From Candidatus Zixiibacteriota bacterium (lineage in GTDB: Bacteria; Zixibacteria; MSB-5A5; UBA10806; 4484-95), in assembly GCA_037441845.1 (NCBI GenBank), contig JBBIRK010000004.1, positions 32,001 to 96,000 of the forward strand: a stretch of 64,000 nt of DNA. The letters run 5' to 3'. Within the stretch, counting starts at the first letter, position 1. The number at the start of each line of letters is the position of its first letter. A model generated the notes under the pieces. The model saw only the letters and a program-made list of their open reading frames with translations. It searched no databases and was not told where the DNA came from. The translations under genes and the position numbers were made by a program. Shown here piece by piece: positions 59,449-64,000 of this stretch.

Positions 59449-60676
59449 AATAAAAGAGGGGATATTTCTTGCGCTCGGCACTTTCCGGGCGCATAAGATG
59501 CGTTCCTTCCTCACAATCCTCGGTGTATTGATAGGGGTATGCTCGATTATCGGTATGGTATCACTGATCGAGGGTTTGAACGAATCCATGGCCAAACAGA
59601 TCGAAAACCTCGGGTCAAGCGTGATTTACGTCAGCAAATACAAACCCGGCATAGTGATGGGAAACCGCAGCTCCTCCGAACGCAACCGGCCGCCGATTAC
59701 TTATGAGGATGCTTTGGCTATAAAGCGCTATTGTCCGGCGGTCATCGGCGTGGCTCCGCAGAATTACTATCATCGACGGGGTGGCAATCTGGTAAAGTAC
59801 AGGGAAAATCAAGCCAACCGTCCGGCCTTTTTCGGCACTTTGCCAGATTACGAGACCGTCAACAATTCGTTCGTAGAAACCGGGAGGTTCATAACCGAAA
59901 GCGACGAAAACGCGAGAGCATATGTATGCGTTATCGGTAAGGATATCGAGGAGGCTTTGTTTCCCGGGATAGATCCCATCGGCAAAATAATTCAGGTCAA
60001 CGATGATAAATTCATGGTTATCGGGGTGATGGAGAAACGGGAGACCATCGTCGGTTCCCGCGAGAATAATTTCGTTCTGATACCATATAACACTTTCAAG
60101 AAGATTCATCCGGAGGAAAAAGAGCTGTGGTTATCGGTGAAAGCCCGCGGACCGGCTTATATGCAGGAGGCGATCGATCAGATCACGGACCTGATGCGTC
60201 GACGACACGGACTGCGTTATAATCAGGAAGATGATTTCGCCGTGTTCACTCAGGAGAGCCTGATGGATATCTGGAGATCCCTGACTCAAGCGGTATGGCT
60301 GGTCATGATTGTCATATCTTCGATAGGGCTGCTTGTGGGCGGCGTGGGCGTCATGAATATAATGCTCGTTTCTGTAACCGAACGTACCCGCGAAATCGGT
60401 ATCCGCAAGGCCGTGGGAGCCAGGCGGGCCACTATTCTTTGGCAATTCTTGATCGAGGCGATGGTGCTGTCGGGGATCGGCGGCGTTCTCGGAATAATCG
60501 GAGGAATCGTGCTGTCTCAATTCATCGCCTTGGTTTCGCCCCTGCCTGCCGTCATTTCGGTGCCCTGGGTGATAATCGGTTTTTGTTTTTCGGTTGCGGT
60601 GGCTTTGGTTTTCGGTATCTATCCTGCGGCCCGCGCCTCCCGTCTGGACCCGATCGAATGTTTGCGCTACGAATGA
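59432..60676 (+). CDS. MacB/FtsX-type ABC permease (second copy)
   Basis: HKMRSFLT..GV.IGV, VGGVGVMNIMLVSVTERTREIGIRKA.GA. Confidence 0.93.
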   Translation: MLKVVEIKEGIFLALGTFRAHKMRSFLTILGVLIGVCSIIGMVSLIEGLNESMAKQIENLGSSVIYVSKYKPGIVMGNRSSSERNRPPITYEDALAIKRYCPAVIGVAPQNYYHRRGGNLVKYRENQANRPAFFGTLPDYETVNNSFVETGRFITESDENARAYVCVIGKDIEEALFPGIDPIGKIIQVNDDKFMVIGVMEKRETIVGSRENNFVLIPYNTFKKIHPEEKELWLSVKARGPAYMQEAIDQITDLMRRRHGLRYNQEDDFAVFTQESLMDIWRSLTQAVWLVMIVISSIGLLVGGVGVMNIMLVSVTERTREIGIRKAVGARRATILWQFLIEAMVLSGIGGVLGIIGGIVLSQFIALVSPLPAVISVPWVIIGFCFSVAVALVFGIYPAARASRLDPIECLRYE

Positions 60677-60766
60677 AACTATCGCCGATTCGCCATCACC
60701 TTGCCGAACGGCTTACGAAACAATTGCCATCGAGCGCTGGTTATGTTAAAATGGAACGAATCGACG

Positions 60767-62110
60767 ATGAAACCGAATTGTCTTAAACTGATGTTGCCGG
60801 CATTGGCGGCGGTCATTTTGACCAACGGCTTTTGCGAGGCGCAGGTGGGGTTGCAGCCGCGCGCCATATATGTTGACTTTGCCACGTTCGCCTCGGACAG
60901 CGCCGGCTATTCTGCATTTCATATATATTACCAAATATATACGTCGCAGTTGCTTTACGCCCGTCAGAGAGGCAATTTCATCGCCCGCTATTCGGTGAGC
61001 GCGGTTATCAAGAAAGGGAAAAAGCAAGTCACCAGCTCGGAGGTGGACGGCCTGCTCAAAGAGGAGTCATACGAAAAGACGATCGGACAGCGCGATTTCG
61101 TTATCAACGGCTTTTCCTATTTGTTGCCTCCCGGCAGATATCAGGTAACCATCACCCTGCGCGATCTGAATGCCGATAACAGCGTCCCCTTGACCGCTGA
61201 AATCACCATTCCCGAGTATCGGACCAAATCGCCTCAATTTTCCTCTCTGCTTTTCGCCCGTCAGATTATTTCCGAAACCGAGATAGCCGGCCAGGATTCG
61301 CTGTCGTCTAGATTCATTCCCGCTATATTCGCCATAGATACATTGCGGGTTTTGCCGTCGTGTTCGCGGATTTTCGGAGACGAAAACAATCTGCTGAGAG
61401 TTTATGCGGAATATTATGATCCGAACACCGCCGCCGATTCCATTCGCTTTGCCTATGAAATCAAAGATATGAAAGGGAACCTCGTCTATCAACAGACGTC
61501 CGTTTCGCCGTGGGCTGTCGGTCGTCCCCTGATTAAAGAAATCGAACTTGAGCATTTCAAGCCGGGGCCGTATGAATTGATACTAAATGCGGTCGATTCC
61601 AAAGATAGGAAATTAGCCTCTGTCGGCGGCCGTTTCAGAGTAAGCTGGTCGGCTCTGGCGCTGGTCAAAAACGATTTCGAGGGCGCTCTCGAGCAGTTAC
61701 GTTATATAGCCACCTCGACCGAAATAGAAGCGTTGAAAAAAGCGCCGGAAAGCGACCGAATCAAGGCATGGAACGATTTCTGGAAAAGCAAGGATCCCAG
61801 CCCGGGCACGGAGGAGAACGAAATTCGCGACGAATATTATCGCAGGATCGCCTATGCCAATGAGCATTACTCGTTGCCCAGCAAAGAAGGGTGGAGGACC
61901 GATGCGGGGATGGTGTATATCACCTACGGCGAACCCGATGAGATCGAGCGGCATCCTTTCGATATAGAGAGCAAACCGTATGAATTATGGTACTATTACA
62001 ACCCCCGGCGGACTTTTTTGTTCGTTGATATCAACGGATATGGGGAGTATGTATTGCAGTATCCGTATGATGGCGATATTCAGAAATTTCGGAATAGCGG
62101 AGGGCGATGA
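60767..62110 (+). CDS. GWxTD domain protein
   Basis: Signal peptide; FW...DP.P.T..NE...EYYRR...AN, GWRTDAG..YI.YG.PD; TTGCCA-17 nt-TAAAAT promoter at 60724-60752. Confidence 0.88.
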   Translation: MKPNCLKLMLPALAAVILTNGFCEAQVGLQPRAIYVDFATFASDSAGYSAFHIYYQIYTSQLLYARQRGNFIARYSVSAVIKKGKKQVTSSEVDGLLKEESYEKTIGQRDFVINGFSYLLPPGRYQVTITLRDLNADNSVPLTAEITIPEYRTKSPQFSSLLFARQIISETEIAGQDSLSSRFIPAIFAIDTLRVLPSCSRIFGDENNLLRVYAEYYDPNTAADSIRFAYEIKDMKGNLVYQQTSVSPWAVGRPLIKEIELEHFKPGPYELILNAVDSKDRKLASVGGRFRVSWSALALVKNDFEGALEQLRYIATSTEIEALKKAPESDRIKAWNDFWKSKDPSPGTEENEIRDEYYRRIAYANEHYSLPSKEGWRTDAGMVYITYGEPDEIERHPFDIESKPYELWYYYNPRRTFLFVDINGYGEYVLQYPYDGDIQKFRNSGGR

Positions 62111-63501
62111 TGTCAAGAGTCATGATTTTGTCCGCTGTCCTGGTGGTACTGTTGGCGGCCGAACAGTCGATTTCCCAAAATCTGTTCGTGGCGGCGGATT
62201 ATTCATGTTATAAATATTCCGATGATTCGGAGCTTTCCCACGTCGAAATCACCTACAGCTTTTTGAGAAATCAATTCAAATTTCAACCGGATTCCACGGG
62301 GTTCCACGCCCATCTCGAAATGACGGCGGTGATCCGCGATTCGGTCGGAGGACTGGTCGATTCGAACTCCTGGCCGGCGGGCATCCATGTAGGTTCCCTT
62401 ATCGAGGCCAATATCCCGAATTATTTGACGAATGATATCGTTACCGCCCAGCTGAAACCGGGTGATTATCGGTTCAGCTTGACAGTAAGGGATATCTATT
62501 CGGAATCGATCGGAAAAATCGATATGCCGATTTCCGTCCCGGCGTTCACATCCTCGCGATTGGAGTTGTCGGACCTGGAGTTCGTCTATCGGTTTCTCGA
62601 ACCTGACGGAAGCCGGTTTGTAAGGGGGAATAGAAAGATAATACCGAATACGCGAAAAATATTTTCTCAGGACGATACAGTCGCCTATATATATGCCGAA
62701 TCTTATAATCTCGATTCTGCTTTACAAAGATGCAATCTGGTCATGCGGATTTTCGACGCCGGTGGAATCATCTATAAAGAAATCCCTTTCGCTCTCGACA
62801 CTAAGGGGAACAGATCGGCCGTAATCCTGACGGGCATGAATATTTCTGCTTTCCGCCCCGGAACATATACTCTTCAGCTTGCCGCTTATGCAGGATCCGA
62901 CACGGCCGTTACCGAGAAAAATTTCGATATATTACCCGGCAAAACCGCCTGGGAAAAGGCGATCGAACATGAGGAACTCGCTGATTTCCCGGAGGCCATC
63001 GTTATCCGCAATGAACAAGATGCCAGAAAAGTCCGCGAGGAAATCCTGTATATCGCCACCAGGGACGAGTTGAAACAGTTCGAGAGTCTCAATCTCGAGG
63101 GAAAAAACAACTTTATCCGCAGTTTCTGGCAACGCCGCGATCCCGACCCTGCCACTCCCATAAATGAAAACAAAATCGAACATTATCGCCGCCTCAAATA
63201 CGTGAATTCCGCCTTCTCGACTTTCCGCGATTCGGGAAACGAACCGAACGGCTGGAAAACCGATATGGGGAGGGTTTACATCGTGTACGGCCCCCCGAGC
63301 GACGAGGAGAATTACCCATCGGCTATGGGAGAAATACCCTGGAAAAAATGGAATTACGATAGAATCGAGGGCGGCGTATTTTTCATATTTATCGACGAGT
63401 CGGGATACGGAAATTACCGACTGATCCATTCGACGGCCAAAGGAGAGCCCAAGGATAACAACTGGGAGCTCCGACTGAAACCATCGACACCGGTGAGATG
63501 A
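62107..63501 (+). CDS. GWxTD domain protein
   Basis: Signal peptide; FWQRRDPDP.T..NE, GWKTDMGRVYI.YGPP, F.F.D..G.G.Y.L. Confidence 0.88.
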   Translation: MMSRVMILSAVLVVLLAAEQSISQNLFVAADYSCYKYSDDSELSHVEITYSFLRNQFKFQPDSTGFHAHLEMTAVIRDSVGGLVDSNSWPAGIHVGSLIEANIPNYLTNDIVTAQLKPGDYRFSLTVRDIYSESIGKIDMPISVPAFTSSRLELSDLEFVYRFLEPDGSRFVRGNRKIIPNTRKIFSQDDTVAYIYAESYNLDSALQRCNLVMRIFDAGGIIYKEIPFALDTKGNRSAVILTGMNISAFRPGTYTLQLAAYAGSDTAVTEKNFDILPGKTAWEKAIEHEELADFPEAIVIRNEQDARKVREEILYIATRDELKQFESLNLEGKNNFIRSFWQRRDPDPATPINENKIEHYRRLKYVNSAFSTFRDSGNEPNGWKTDMGRVYIVYGPPSDEENYPSAMGEIPWKKWNYDRIEGGVFFIFIDESGYGNYRLIHSTAKGEPKDNNWELRLKPSTPVR

Positions 63502-63615
63502 CACCGGCCCTTGCGGCTTCGATGTCTGGTGTTCAAAGCATGATCGATTGGGCAATTTCGTCCGCCTGCTTTTTTATATTGCTTAAAGTTCGATTAATTA
63601 TATCTTCAGCTTCCG

Positions 63616-64000
63616 ATGATCGAAGTCCATAATCTTTCGAAAATTTTCGAGGATAAAAAGCGCGGCAGAGTCGTTGCCGCCGATAATGTGACGTTCACCG
63701 CCGGTCCCGGAGAAATATTCGGTCTGCTCGGGCTGAATGGAGCGGGCAAGACGACTGTTCTGCGGATCATAGCGACGATTTTGAAGCCGTCTTCCGGGAA
63801 CGTTCGGGTTTGGGGCGTCGATGTCGTCCGCGAACCGGAAAAAGCAAAGGCGAATTTGGGATTTTTGACGGGGGAGACCGGCCTTTACGGACGTTTGACT
63901 GCAAGGGAAATGATCGGATATTTCGGCAGGCTTTACGGCATGCCAGCCCGGCTGCTGAAAAATCGTACCGATGAGCTGATGCAGTTGTTCAATATGACTG
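63616..64000 (+). CDS. ABC transporter ATPase, NatA-like (partial, runs off the end)
   Basis: MIEVHNLSKIF...GEIFGLLGLNGAGKTT..R...T.LKP..G; absent from the ORF track because it has no stop in the window. Confidence 0.88.
   Translation, partial: MIEVHNLSKIFEDKKRGRVVAADNVTFTAGPGEIFGLLGLNGAGKTTVLRIIATILKPSSGNVRVWGVDVVREPEKAKANLGFLTGETGLYGRLTAREMIGYFGRLYGMPARLLKNRTDELMQLFNMT

Noticed and set aside
58920..60676. Similar DNA stretches in the two permease genes as a repeat element
   Set aside because: Explained by paralogous conserved protein motifs.
1..64000. CRISPR array, IS element, integrase, prophage, rRNA or tRNA
   Set aside because: No spaced direct repeats, transposase or integrase motifs, phage genes or structural RNA signatures seen by eye; a tool scan would be needed to exclude short elements.

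Overview
A 64 kb, mostly plus-strand core-chromosome segment from a diderm bacterium using genetic code 11. The gene content (tandem GWxTD proteins, DUF3078, DUF3467, ExbB-ExbD-ExbD-TonB) suggests an FCB-group organism such as a Zixibacteria-like lineage; this is inference only. Housekeeping blocks: rsgA; rpsU-yqeY-cvpA-mutS2-dnaG-rpoD; split rfaE1/rfaE2; pepP-accB-(pilT/U)-accC-gcvH-gcvPA-(2 genes)-gcvPB; pyrR-pyrB-pyrC; mtnA; rplM-rpsI-(t44 leader)-rpsB-tsf-pyrH-frr-uppS-cdsA. Envelope blocks: TPR-ExbBDD-TonB, Yip1-TolC-MFP-ABC-two permeases, and two GWxTD proteins. The clearest accessory element is a lone AT-rich gene at 1917-3095 that fuses a DarT-type DNA ADP-ribosyltransferase to a DarG-type macrodomain in one polypeptide, with both catalytic residues apparently intact. 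Other notable observations: a likely CTG start codon for accC, several promoters positioned to give leaderless mRNAs, a pyr leader with a terminator and uORF but no PyrR binding loop, a secreted four-domain repeat protein behind an ECF-type promoter, and a secreted 12-repeat DxxGxDxY protein paired with an exported HEAT-repeat protein. I found no tRNA, rRNA, CRISPR array, integrase or IS element. All family calls come from motif recognition by eye; no database search was run.
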